Source: Heterodontus francisci
Lineage: Eukaryota
Length of the DNA stretch: 64,000 nt
Assembly (NCBI RefSeq): GCF_036365525.1
Contig: NC_090403.1
Coordinates: 47,927,095-47,991,094 of the forward strand
Direction of reading: 5' to 3'
The first letter of the stretch is position 1; every line of letters starts with the position of its first letter. Made by a program: the position numbers and the translations under genes. Below are positions 1-9,448 of this stretch, one piece after another. The notes below the pieces were generated by a model. The model was given only the letters and a program-made list of their open reading frames with translations. It did no database searches and had not been told where the DNA came from.

Positions 1-3
1 CAC

Positions 4-111
4 CAGCTGGAATTCAGTCAAGGTACACCTGCTTATTTGAACTGACATTAAGTTTTGGGATTCTGCCAGCAAGCCCAGTTGATCTTCGTACAAGTATGGA
101 TACTCGAGTCT
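4..111 (-). CDS. csf3: G-CSF (CSF3)-like cytokine, exon 3; gene continues beyond the left edge of the window
   Basis: Acceptor ttgccttttctttccggccacAG and donor CTG|GTG; 108 nt, phase 0-0. RLEYPYLYEDQLGLLAESQNLMSVQISRCTLTEFQL aligns without gaps to the 36-aa human CSF3 exon-3 peptide (shared Y4, LxLL, C29 and terminal QL). Confidence 0.8.
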
Positions 112-299
112 CTGTGGCCGGAAAGAAAAGGCAAGTCAGCTACAAAATCGACTACTGCTCTTATGCATGGGGCAAAACCCATTTCCTAACTAGCTTTACA
201 TCCAGAACATCTGCTCTTGAGTATTTTTATAATAAAGTCCCTTTTTATATGGACAGGTTGTTAGCCTGACTCACAATTTGCTACCAGGAGAACTAGCTG

Positions 300-415
300 G
301 GTGCGAGGAGGAAGAGGTGGATGGTAGAATGGGGTGAGGGTAGGGGGGGGGGAGGTGAGGAGAGGGGTTGGGGGAGGGTGAGGAGGGGGGTTGGGGGAGG
401 GTGAGGAGGGGGGTT
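300..415 (+). repeat. G-rich low-complexity tandem repeat (~22-nt unit GGGGAGGGTGAGGAGGGGGGTT)
   Basis: Repeated G-tracts visible directly, inside csf3 intron 2. Confidence 0.75.
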
Positions 416-1043
416 GCACTGCACTCCCGTCAAACAGGAGTATGCTGCAGCCCAGTATTCCGAGACCAGAACGCTCGCCTCTGCTCAATGGGGCTGTCTT
501 GAGTGGGACTCACTCCCAATAAAACTTTGATTAACCCAATTTATCTGAAATATTGGCACCGCAGTCATTCCAGTGTTCACATGTTCAGCTCATTCACTCT
601 GGCTTCTGCAAATGCCGAGGTTATGATTTGGATCCACAGTGTTATGGAAGTGACGGTACAATTACTGCTACTTAAGAGGTTCTAATATTAAGCTGCCATC
701 TCATTGGGAAGGAACTCACTGGGTTCTGCAGGCAAACGCAACATGTTTTGAAACTGAACTATAGAGACCACGATCATCTCCGTTTCCCTCGCTGGTCTAC
801 AGTGAGGTAGCCGATCAGGCCTGGGATGCTACAATTGCTCTCAGTTTCCTAGGCTGGGAGGGAAGGGAAATCACCCAGGGTTACTTGCTTCTGACCACTA
901 GCCAGTGACCCATTGCTGTGTGTGAACATTGACTGGTGTCAGCATTAGCTTCAAGAAGTTATATAGTCCATTGATGCTGGCCAAGCATCCACATGAAATG
1001 GCCACAATGATGAGGGAAGTGCTGGTGGAGTGCTAACACACAT

Positions 1044-1365
1044 GGGCAACACAGTGGCGCAGTGGTTAGCACCGCAGCCTCACAGCTCCAGGGACCCGGG
1101 TTCAATTCTGGGTACTGCCTGTGTGGAGTTTGCAAGTTCTCCCTGTGACCACGTGGGTTTTCGCTGGGTACTCCAGTTTCCTCCCAAAGCCAAAGCCTTG
1201 CAGGTTGATAGGTAAATTGGCCATTATAAATTGCCCCTAGTGTAGGTAGGTGGTAGGGAATATGGGATTACTGCAGGATTAGTATAAATGGGTGGTTGTT
1301 GGTCAGCACAGACTTGGTGGGTCGAAGGGCCTGTTTCAGTGCTGTATCTCTAAAATAAAATAAAA
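1044..1365 (+). mobile_element. tRNA-derived SINE (HE1/V-SINE-like)
   Basis: A box TGGCGCAGTGG, B box GGTTCAATTC, CR1-type 3' tail and A-rich end; five more similar copies in the window. Confidence 0.85.
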
Positions 1366-1889
1366 ATCCATACCCTTGCATGAGTGATAGCCTTACAACT
1401 TAATTTTCACTACCAGAAGTAGATATGAAGCCAGTTGCAATGTTTGTCCAAAACATGTAATAAAGCTGCTTTGGACACCAGTGGAGGTACCCGGCAGGTA
1501 TTTTAAATGCAAATGGGACCACTACACTGAAATTGGAGTACAGTTATCTTAGGCTTAATTTCTGTGAATGTTTCCCAATAGTCCCCAATAACTTCAGCAT
1601 AGGAAGTGCTCAGCAAACAATGGTGTTGACATTTATCAAATGGTATTAATTCTGTTCTCCTGGAATGTGGCATGTGGTTCCTATATAGATTCACAGCCCC
1701 TGCAATTCGACAATATCTTATGGATAGCTCATTAAGTGGAAATTTCAAACATTTTCCAAGCGTGCATTACATTTTGGAGGGAAAGTGTCGCCAACGTAAG
1801 CAAACTGAGTTTGCTTGAAGTAGTCCCCTAACTTTTGATTGGGTCTCACTGAACCAAAGGATAGCAAGTAAAAATTTCCTTGATTTCAT

Positions 1890-2165
1890 AGATTTAGAGT
1901 GAGAGGTAGGAGGTTTGGAGGGGATTGGAGAGGAGATTTTTCACCCAGATGGTGATGGGGATCTGGAACTCTCTGCCTGAAAGGGTGGTAGAGGCAGAAA
2001 CCCTCATAACATTTAAAAGGTACTTGGATATGCACGTGGAGTGCCTGAACCTGCAAGGCTACAGACCAAGAGCTGGAAAGGGGGATTAGGCTGGATGGCT
2101 ACTTGTCAGCTGGCCTCACTGGGCACAATGGGCCGAATAGCCTCCTTCTGCACTGTAAACTTCTA
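1890..2165 (+). mobile_element. CR1 LINE 3' fragment
   Basis: Similar to the 3' end of the CR1 at 58440-58730 (FFTQ..V.IWNSLPERVVEAE motif). Confidence 0.7.
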
Positions 2166-3050
2166 CAATTTCCCCACCACTGAATGAAAACAGGCAGACA
2201 ATCCAAATCAAGATTTTTTTTTAGCAACATTTCCTCATTGTAAACGGTACAACTCCACAAGTGGTCATTTGCGTGTGGCTATTTAATTTTGAGGAACACC
2301 ACTACCAGCCTGATGCTGCCCTTAAGTGACATCCACGCACGTGAATTTTCTATTAGGTACCAGTAGGTAAGCAAACAGAAGCAGGAACCCTGGTCCTTAC
2401 CCAAGCATTGGTGAAACCTTCGGAAGCACCTTTACAATGGCCCTAGTTTAGATCAGCTAACTCAAAACGAACTTGCTCCCCACAACCGACACCAAAGCAA
2501 CCTTCGTGACCTCATTGCTATGAAGTAAGCCCACTTCAAACGGATAGAGCCAAATGAGAGTTCACCTGTCTTCGATCCATCAGCACATTTTACCAGCGCA
2601 GTTAAACGTTACTGAATCGAAAAACTTTGCACTGACGTGACTTCAGGAAAGAGGATCTTTGGTGCAGTTTTAAGCGAATGCCATTAATTTGAAATGAACA
2701 AAAATCCCAACACGATGTAACTGAGCGCTGTCGGGGATAACTGGGGTAAGCGAATGACTCCTGATCAGAAACTGCACCGGACTGAGTCCCGATTTTAAAC
2801 CGGGCCAAATTTACAGTCCGGAGCAGAAATGTTCCCTAAATCAAACAGCAATGTTGAAATATAGTTTACAAACGTTTCGAGAGAAGAAAAAAAAATGCAT
2901 ATTTCATTTTTGATAGTCTCAATTCCAAAATGGAATTTATCTTTGCAATATTGCATTCGTTACTCAATAATTTACAGGTGATACATTGAACGACCCAGGG
3001 TTTGAAAGTGACAGGAACGCAGTTGAAATTGACCCCCTTGTTTTACTCAC

Positions 3051-3220
3051 GTGCATTTCCAGCAGCATTTGAATGTTATTCCAGATTTGAAATGCAAAGT
3101 TCTTGTTTCTTTCCACTCCGTCCCGGAACTCCGGCGGCAACTGGTCGCCCGAAATCTCCAAGGGCAAGGTTGGAGCAGCCCAGAGACTGTTTTGCAGCCA
3201 AGAGAACAGCATGAAGAGAG
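3051..3220 (-). CDS. csf3: G-CSF (CSF3)-like cytokine, exon 2 (end of signal peptide and helix A)
   Basis: Acceptor tccttgtcatccccAG and donor CAC|GTGAGT; 170 nt, phase 1 to 0. APTLPLEISGDQLPPEFRDGVERNKNFAFQI resembles the chicken G-CSF/cMGF N-terminus (APLAELSGD..DFQLFLHKNLEFTRKI, from memory). Confidence 0.8.
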
Positions 3221-3586
3221 CTGGGGATGACAAGGACGAGAGTGCGGTTACAAGATCAACGGGGATGTCCGCAGCAGGCAACGTGTCGCAAGTCTGGGCT
3301 GAGTTTTACATTTTCCTTTCTCGGCTTTATCTTCTCCCTCTCTTACCCATCATCTCTCCCCTCTACTTATGTTGATGCCCCTCTCTTGTTGCCACGCTAT
3401 TTCTCCCATTCCCCATCGTTTGCCTGGAACTGTATCCTCATCTCTTTCTGGCACCACAATATTACACGTCATCACACTCCAGGCCAATGAGGAAGCAGAC
3501 ACTATACTACTTATAAAAGTTCTTTTTTGGAAAAAATATAGCCGATTATTAATAACCCGGCCCTTACAGGTTAAACACATACATAC

Positions 3587-3602
3587 CGATGATAGAATTC
3601 AT
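3587..3602 (-). CDS. csf3: G-CSF (CSF3)-like cytokine, coding exon 1 (MNSII+G, phase 1)
   Basis: First ATG downstream of a TATA box, with A at -3, followed by a G|GTATGT donor. Splicing to exon 2 gives the signal peptide MNSIIALFMLFSWLQNSLWA|AP. Two weaker alternative phase-1 mini-exons exist (3568-3580, 3347-3353). Confidence 0.6.
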
Positions 3603-3706
3603 ATTGAGAAGATCTTCACTTGTTAGTAGCTGACCAGCTCTGTTGTGGGGAAATTGACAAGTGGAAGTGTAGGAGGTTAGTCTGAAAGCTGATAAATGTG
3701 CTGCAT

Positions 3707-3957
3707 CTATATAGTGCCTGATGTGCTGATTAGTCAGCTATTTTCCAGTAAAGTAGGCAGTATAGCATCCAATTTTAAGGAAATGAAACAAAGTAGAAAA
3801 TGTAAGTGGGAAATCCAGGAAAAATAAGAGAATAGATTCAACATATAAAAATTGCAAAGAAGGGACAGTCAAAGGTATGTCAGAGAAGAAGCTAATTTCA
3901 ATTAAATAAAAATGAAACAAGCCCAGATAAAATGGCTGGAGTGGGTAATTGAGAAAT
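3707..3957 (-). promoter_or_regulatory. Putative inducible cytokine promoter of the csf3-like gene
   Basis: TATATAG at 3707-3713; AP-1-like TGACTAA at 3730-3736; ETS-IRF composite GGAAATGAAA at 3779-3788; NF-kB-like GGGAAATCC at 3808-3816; C/EBP-type TTGAGAAAT at 3949-3957. Motif matches only. Confidence 0.5.
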
Positions 3958-4065
3958 AAAATAGTTCACAAACAATGGGAAATATTTGAGTACGATTGAT
4001 TGTGATGGCACTGCATATAACAGGCAGCCCATGCGATATTGCCCATTCAATGCCGCAGTTATGGA

Positions 4066-4425
4066 TTTGAGTTCCATTCCAGAACATGAACACAAAAATC
4101 AAGGCTGACACTTCAGTGTACTACTGAGGTGTGCTGCACTGTTGGAGATGCCGTCTTTCAGATGAAACATTAAACAGAGGCCCCAGCTGTGCTTTCAGGT
4201 ATATGTAAACAATCCCATGGCACTATTTCAAAGAAGAGAGGAGTTCTCCCCAGTGTCCTAGTCAATATCTATCCCTTAGTCAACATCACGAAAACAGATT
4301 ATCTGGTCCTTATCACATTGCTGTTTGTGGGAGCTTGCTGTGTGCAAATTTGCTGCCGGATTACATTACAACAGTGACTACACTTTGAGATGCCTGCTGG
4401 CTATGGAAAGTGTTATATAAATACC
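4066..4425 (+). mobile_element. Deu-domain SINE (SacSINE1-like)
   Basis: Contains the ATCCCATGGCACTATTT..GTGTCCT core shared with copies at 24860, 32330, 32735 and 52535. Confidence 0.7.
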
Positions 4426-5199
4426 CCTTAGGGTACAAACTCGGCAAGTCCACACGAGGAGTGAAGGAGGTGCAACAAAAGGTGGAGTTCTTTAGATAAG
4501 TAGAGAACTTGAAATTAAAACAAGACTTTAAAAAGTGCAACATTATGAATACAGGAATAATAACACAAAATGAATCAAGAACACAATGGGAAATTTAGTG
4601 AGAAAGTAAAACAGATTAGAAAAGCTGAGGAGGTACAAAGAAAGACTGTCAGGTAATGTAAAGAGACGTTGTAAATGTCTTTACAAACATATAAGTAAAA
4701 TAATAGCTTAAAGGTAGAGAGGTAAAAAGGAAATCTTGTGATGAAAGGATGGTGGATGTATTAAAATGGCTTAGAAAAGTGTGTTAGTGGGAATTCAAGG
4801 ATTGAAGGGATGGAGGTGAGGCAATTAGGATAATTATACAGAAGCGAGAAGTTCTGAAAACATTACAGAACTTAAAGTGGAAAAGTGCACCTTAGATGCT
4901 TATACTATGGTAGTGATTAAGGGATAATTGTCAGATAATTGTAACTGCAGTCTCCGTCAGGGACCATTGTTGGGACTATTCTCTTGTCATTATCTAGGAA
5001 TGATCTGCAACTGGTTATATGGGATACAATATCAAAATTCAAACACAAAAATAGGGAGGGACTAAAGAAATTGGCCTTTTTGTAGCACATGAAGGCTAAG
5101 AGGCAATCTGGTAGAGGTCTTCAAATTATGAGGGGTAAACTAGGAAAAAAAGTGCTATTTCCATTGGTCGATGAGCAAATGCTGCTTTGCTTTAGATGG

Positions 5200-6220
5200 G
5201 TGTGGAACTCTGAGGGTGTACACATTTAAGGGTGTTAGAGAGGAAAGAGATGTCAGAGCTGGGGTGGTAGTTGGACAACACAGATGGGTTGAAGGTGAAC
5301 GTTTGAAGATGAGGTGATGATAACAGTTTTTGAAACGGAGAGGGAAGATGCCTGAGGAAAGGACGGCAATAACAATCGCAGCTAGTATGAAGGGCGGGAG
5401 AGAATGTTGAGTAATGAGGAGTTGAAGGAGGAGGATCAAGGGAGCAGGAAATAGGTCCCAGGGAAGACTAAAGTTAGAGAAAGCATGTGGAAAGTGGGGA
5501 TGAATGCAGAATATCAGGATCAGAGCTGGATTGGGTGGGAGACGAGGAAAGAGGGAAGGGAATGGAGAAGAAGGGGCAGAGACAGTTTCATGGACAGTCT
5601 TAATTTTACTGTCAAAAAAATCCATGAGGTCCTTGCATTTGGTGTTGGATGTGAAGGAACAGGAGTTGGGGAACAGAGATTTGAGGAGGAGAAGGCAATC
5701 TACAAGGGGTCAAAGCTGGAATGGGTTCCCTCCAGGATGATCTTGGAATAATAGGAGATTTTGAGTCCAGAGACTGAGACACAGTAATGTTTGGCAACTC
5801 TGGCAATTAATAGCAAGACCAACTGTGCCCCATGTGTATTCAAGTTTCCAGCTCTTAGAATTAAGAAGAAGAAAGATGATAAGATTGAGAGGATGGCCAT
5901 TACTGTGGGTATGGGTGGAGAGTTAATGTGAAGGGTGAGCTTGAGAGAGGATAGAAGAATTGAAGGAGAGGAGACTAGGGAGTTTGTCTAGGTTGAAGCC
6001 ACCAAGGATGAGGAGATGCTCATTAGAGAGCATAAGAAAGGAGAGAAGACTGGAGGTAAATCAGCATGGAGCTTTAGAGGAGGCACCAAAAAGGAATTTT
6101 AAAGAAGAGGCTGGGTGGGGTTAAAGATGGTCATGGTCCAAAGGATTAAAGGAAAGGGACCAAGGTTGGATTTGGGACCAGAGAATGAGAGCTATGCCAT
6201 CACTGCAGCAATTTGGGGGG
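5200..6220 (-). mobile_element. Old L2-like LINE fragment
   Basis: Degenerate pre-RT motifs on the minus strand (FFDSKIKTV, LSSGIFP..FK) and purine-rich plus strand. Confidence 0.5.
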
Positions 6221-6227
6221 TGCAAGT

Positions 6228-6566
6228 TGTTGTGTGATTGCCTTTGAGAGTGATGTTCCTTTAAGATCTTAGTATGCTAATGAGCCATGTGCCAGGATGC
6301 AGTCATGTGACTCAGAGCCAGAGTCACTCTGTAACTGTAACGCCTAGAGGCTGGTCCTGTATATAGTTAGCTCTGTACTGTATATATTAGTTTAGCTGTA
6401 ATAAACCTGTTAGAGATCTTCAACCACCTGGTCTCCACACATCTCATTTATGTTAGCTTCAGTGATTGGGAAGGAATCAAAAAAATGGGAGTACTCACCA
6501 TGGGAAGGAGTAGAAAAAGGAATCCAAAGGGAAAAGTAATGTGGGTTTTAATATATAAAACCATCA
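6228..6566 (+). repeat. 5' LTR, with its last ~30 bp replaced by a 111-bp copy of the 3' flank
   Basis: 6228-6454 matches 9191-9417 with about 19 mismatches counted by eye; terminal CA at 6565-6566 abuts the PBS. Confidence 0.85.
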
Positions 6567-7332
6567 TGGTGGCAGCTGTGGTGAGAAGACAGAATTTAAG
6601 ATTGAAGGCCACAGGGAAAACTGCTTTAAAAACTGCCTCCCTACAGCTAAAAGGGAGAAAGTAAAATAAAATACTGGCCCAAACAGCGAAAGAAAGAAAC
6701 ACCTACCTCAAGCTGTAGAAGACAGAGTGCTGAACGACAGGCTGCAAATCAATCACTGCAATCGGGTGAGTCATTGTCCCAATGGTCCAGGAATCCCTGT
6801 TGAAAGAAAGCTTTGAGATGCTTGCAAAGTTGATTTTTTTAAAGGCTCAGTAAAAGAAAAAAACAGGGAAAACCCAATCTCTATCTCAGGCTGATTGATT
6901 GTTTTCAAAGACTCCCCTCCCAGGCTGATTGAAGTCGGTGCCATTACAGGAGGCGTCCGACAGCAAAAAATGCAGGAATCCTCCAGCTTGCAGCTAAAGC
7001 TTTAAAAAAAATCATCAAACCACGTAAACACAAAAAGCTTTCATTCACGCAGACAGAGTTTTTAAAAACTCATAAAACCACCCAAGCCTGAAGAATTGCC
7101 TATTGAACAGCTGTATAAACAAACTGAAGCAGAAAAAAGCACTTGAAATGCCTATTGCACATCTGTGTAAACAGACAGACAAGAGTGCTGGAAGCTAGAT
7201 AAACAGACAAGCACTGGCAAACACCTGCTCCTGTCCATCAAAGCAGCCAAGAGAGTTGTTTTTAAAGGGAAAACAGCACAGACTCATAGAATAAGGCTTA
7301 AAGCAGGTTTTAAGCAAAAGAACAGCAGGAAT

Positions 7333-8560
7333 ATGGATACCAAATTTCCCAGCATGAACTGGAAGGCCATGGATATCCTATCCAAGTGCCAACTTTTCAA
7401 AGGATGCAGTTATGCTGCACAGATCAAATAATTGTAGAACCAGAAAAGCAAGCTGTAAAAATACTAATAGCAATTGGAAATGAGGGATTACACAGAATCA
7501 ATACCTCAGGCTTATCTGACAAGGACCAGAAAGATACCACAAAGATAGGGAAAATGCTGGAAGATCAGCTCAGATTAAGAGCGAATTTTCAAATTCATCG
7601 CCTGGAATTGATGTCCACATTCAACCGCCACAGGAATCAATAGACCTGTTTGTCAGTAGATGCTGTAGTAAGGGCACTGTATGCGATTTTTCAGAAGCTG
7701 AGCTTTCAGACAGAGTAATAGAGCTGGTGATTGTATCAAAACCTATTGAAGCGTTTCAGAAGGACCTCTTGGGGAAAAAGAAAGGCCGCAGCATTGATGC
7801 ACTATTGGAAGATGGCAGGAAATAGGAAGCCATTGTAGCTGGACAACAGCATCTGCAAGCAAAGTTGCAGCCAACAGTATCGGCATGACAACCAGGTCAA
7901 AAAGAGCAAGCAAGATGTGTGGTAAGTGTGGTTGGTCCCACTCACCACGACGTTGTCCTGCATTTCAAGACCTGTGCAAGGCATGCGGTGCAAAAGGTCA
8001 CTGGACCCACCTATGCAGGAAATCTGGCTCCAAAGATGCAGCCAGAAGCCACAGTAGGACACAAGCAAGGGGCAAGGAAAGCAGCAGAGACCTGCGTAAA
8101 TGTAATCCGATACATGAAGTCCATTGTGAAACGGACCTGAGACAAGACTCAGAGAGAAGCAATTCCCAGGCAAAAGATGAACAGGTGTTCCTTATTGTGA
8201 ACCTGACACATCATGTTGATGAAGTCAAATAACTGGAAGCTTTCGCCACAATTAACATCATGTGCCCAAAGAAAGCTGGCAAATATACACCGGCATTAGT
8301 GCAAATATCCTACCAGTCCGAATACTCAAAGATATGTGCTGGAGTCATTGGAAATCAATGATACAACTGACAACTGCCAAGTTATCTGCATACAATGGGT
8401 AACCCATCCCATGCAGTGGCACACTGGCAATGCAATGCAGATATGGCAAGTTAGCGTGGAAACTACAAACATTCTACCTAGTAGATGCGAGCAGAGCAGC
8501 AGTGGCAGGACTACCAGCGTGTAAGCACCTCAACATCATCTACAACCACGAGAGCATTGC
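7333..8560 (+). pseudogene. Disrupted Gypsy gag and aspartic protease
   Basis: Gag motif ESIDLFVSR..CDF and twin zinc knuckles CGKCGWSH..RCPA..CKACGAKGHWTHLC. Protease remnant (D)TGISANILP...FYLVD..AVAGLPACKHLNII. Several stops and frameshifts; the catalytic Asp codon appears deleted near 8288. Confidence 0.8.
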
Positions 8561-8569
8561 CAAGGGGAA

Positions 8570-9052
8570 ATCTCCAAGGACCAGAACCCTCTCGCAGACT
8601 CTGACCAGCATCAAACGGTGCAGTCTGGAAACTCAGCAACAGCACAACTACGCCACACCTTCACTTCTGCTATCTAGAGAACCGCCAGCACCACGCGAGC
8701 CAGAACTGACAGGTACCGCCATGAGGCCACGTACTCTTCCCCAAACAAGTCCTTGACCATGAGCCCAAGCCCTTCAGATGTGGAGGATGAGGAGAGGCGA
8801 TGGACATGCAGTGCCTTGAGGAGGCAGAGGAGGAATGAGTTGAAGCATTGTCTGTTGGCTCTTCGAGATGAGGTGCTGGAACTTTCCAAGAATGATAAGG
8901 CCTCAAAAGTGGTCATCTTAAGAAAAGCAACACAGTATGTTAGCAGGCTGAAGGCAGAGCAACAGAAACTGAATGCAGAGAGGGAGAAACTTCAGAAAAA
9001 TCGGCAACAGCTGAGACGCAAATTCCCCGAGCAAGAGTTGTCAAACCACTGA
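8570..9052 (+). pseudogene. Captured Myc-family C-terminal fragment (Myc box IV and bHLH-LZ)
   Basis: KRCSLETQQQHNYATPS (Myc box IV) is in the protease frame. After a one-base frameshift near 8753 comes [49 protein letters not shown] plus a leucine zipper, then a stop at 9052. Confidence 0.9.
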
Positions 9053-9190
9053 GACGATATATGGACTTTTGAGCTGCTATATTTTTAAATTTCACAATCT
9101 CTATCCATGTGTAAATAATTTTGATGTTATTTAATTTTATGTGTATTTTTACTTTTAGCATACGAGGCTTATCTTTGGAAAGAAAGGGGA

Positions 9191-9448
9191 TGTTGTGTGA
9201 TTGCCTTTAAGAGTGATGTCCCTCGGAGATCTTAGTATGCTAATGAGCTACGTGCCAAGATGCAGCCATGTGACTCAGAGCCAGAGTCACTCTGTAACTG
9301 TAACACCTAGAGGCAGGTCCTATAAATAGTTAGCTTTGTAGTGTATATATTAGGTTAGCTGTAATAAATCTGTTAGAGATCTTCAACCAACTGGACTCCA
9401 CACATCTCATTTATGTTGCATCAGACAACATAAAAAGAACTCATTACA
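9191..9448 (+). repeat. 3' LTR (258 bp)
   Basis: TG...CA ends, preceded by the polypurine tract; contains TATAAA and AATAAA. Confidence 0.9.

Larger units (their letters stand above)
6228..9448 (+). mobile_element. Non-autonomous Gypsy-type LTR retrotransposon carrying gag, protease and a captured myc fragment
   Basis: Two LTRs starting TGTTGTGTGATTG (6228, 9191); 3' LTR ends CATTACA at 9448. PBS-like TGGTGGCAGC at 6567, polypurine tract GGAAAGAAAGGGGA at 9177-9190, imperfect 5-bp TSD CAAGT/CAAGC. No RT, RNase H or integrase. Confidence 0.9.

Noticed and set aside
1044-1120. tRNA genes at SINE heads (also near 24200, 28390, 50620, 61080)
   Set aside because: The A/B boxes continue into SINE bodies and LINE-type tails; no standalone cloverleaf with terminator.
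2602-2835. Open frame with an acceptor-like site in csf3 intron 2
   Set aside because: No cytokine similarity, and exons 2 and 3 already join with no gap relative to known G-CSF.
3347-3580. Alternative csf3 first exons (MCLT at 3568-3580, MM at 3347-3353)
   Set aside because: Both are phase-compatible but lie downstream of an earlier ATG that has a good donor. They are not excluded without transcript data.
4-3602. IL6 identity for the cytokine
   Set aside because: IL6 has a similar exon layout, but the ungapped 36-aa exon 3 match, the LEISGD N-terminus and linkage to mrpl10 favour CSF3.
8753-9052. Myc bHLH-LZ ORF as the last exon of a host myc gene
   Set aside because: It is enclosed by LTRs, PBS and PPT and fused to protease sequence; there is no upstream Myc box I/II exon, and it is frameshifted.
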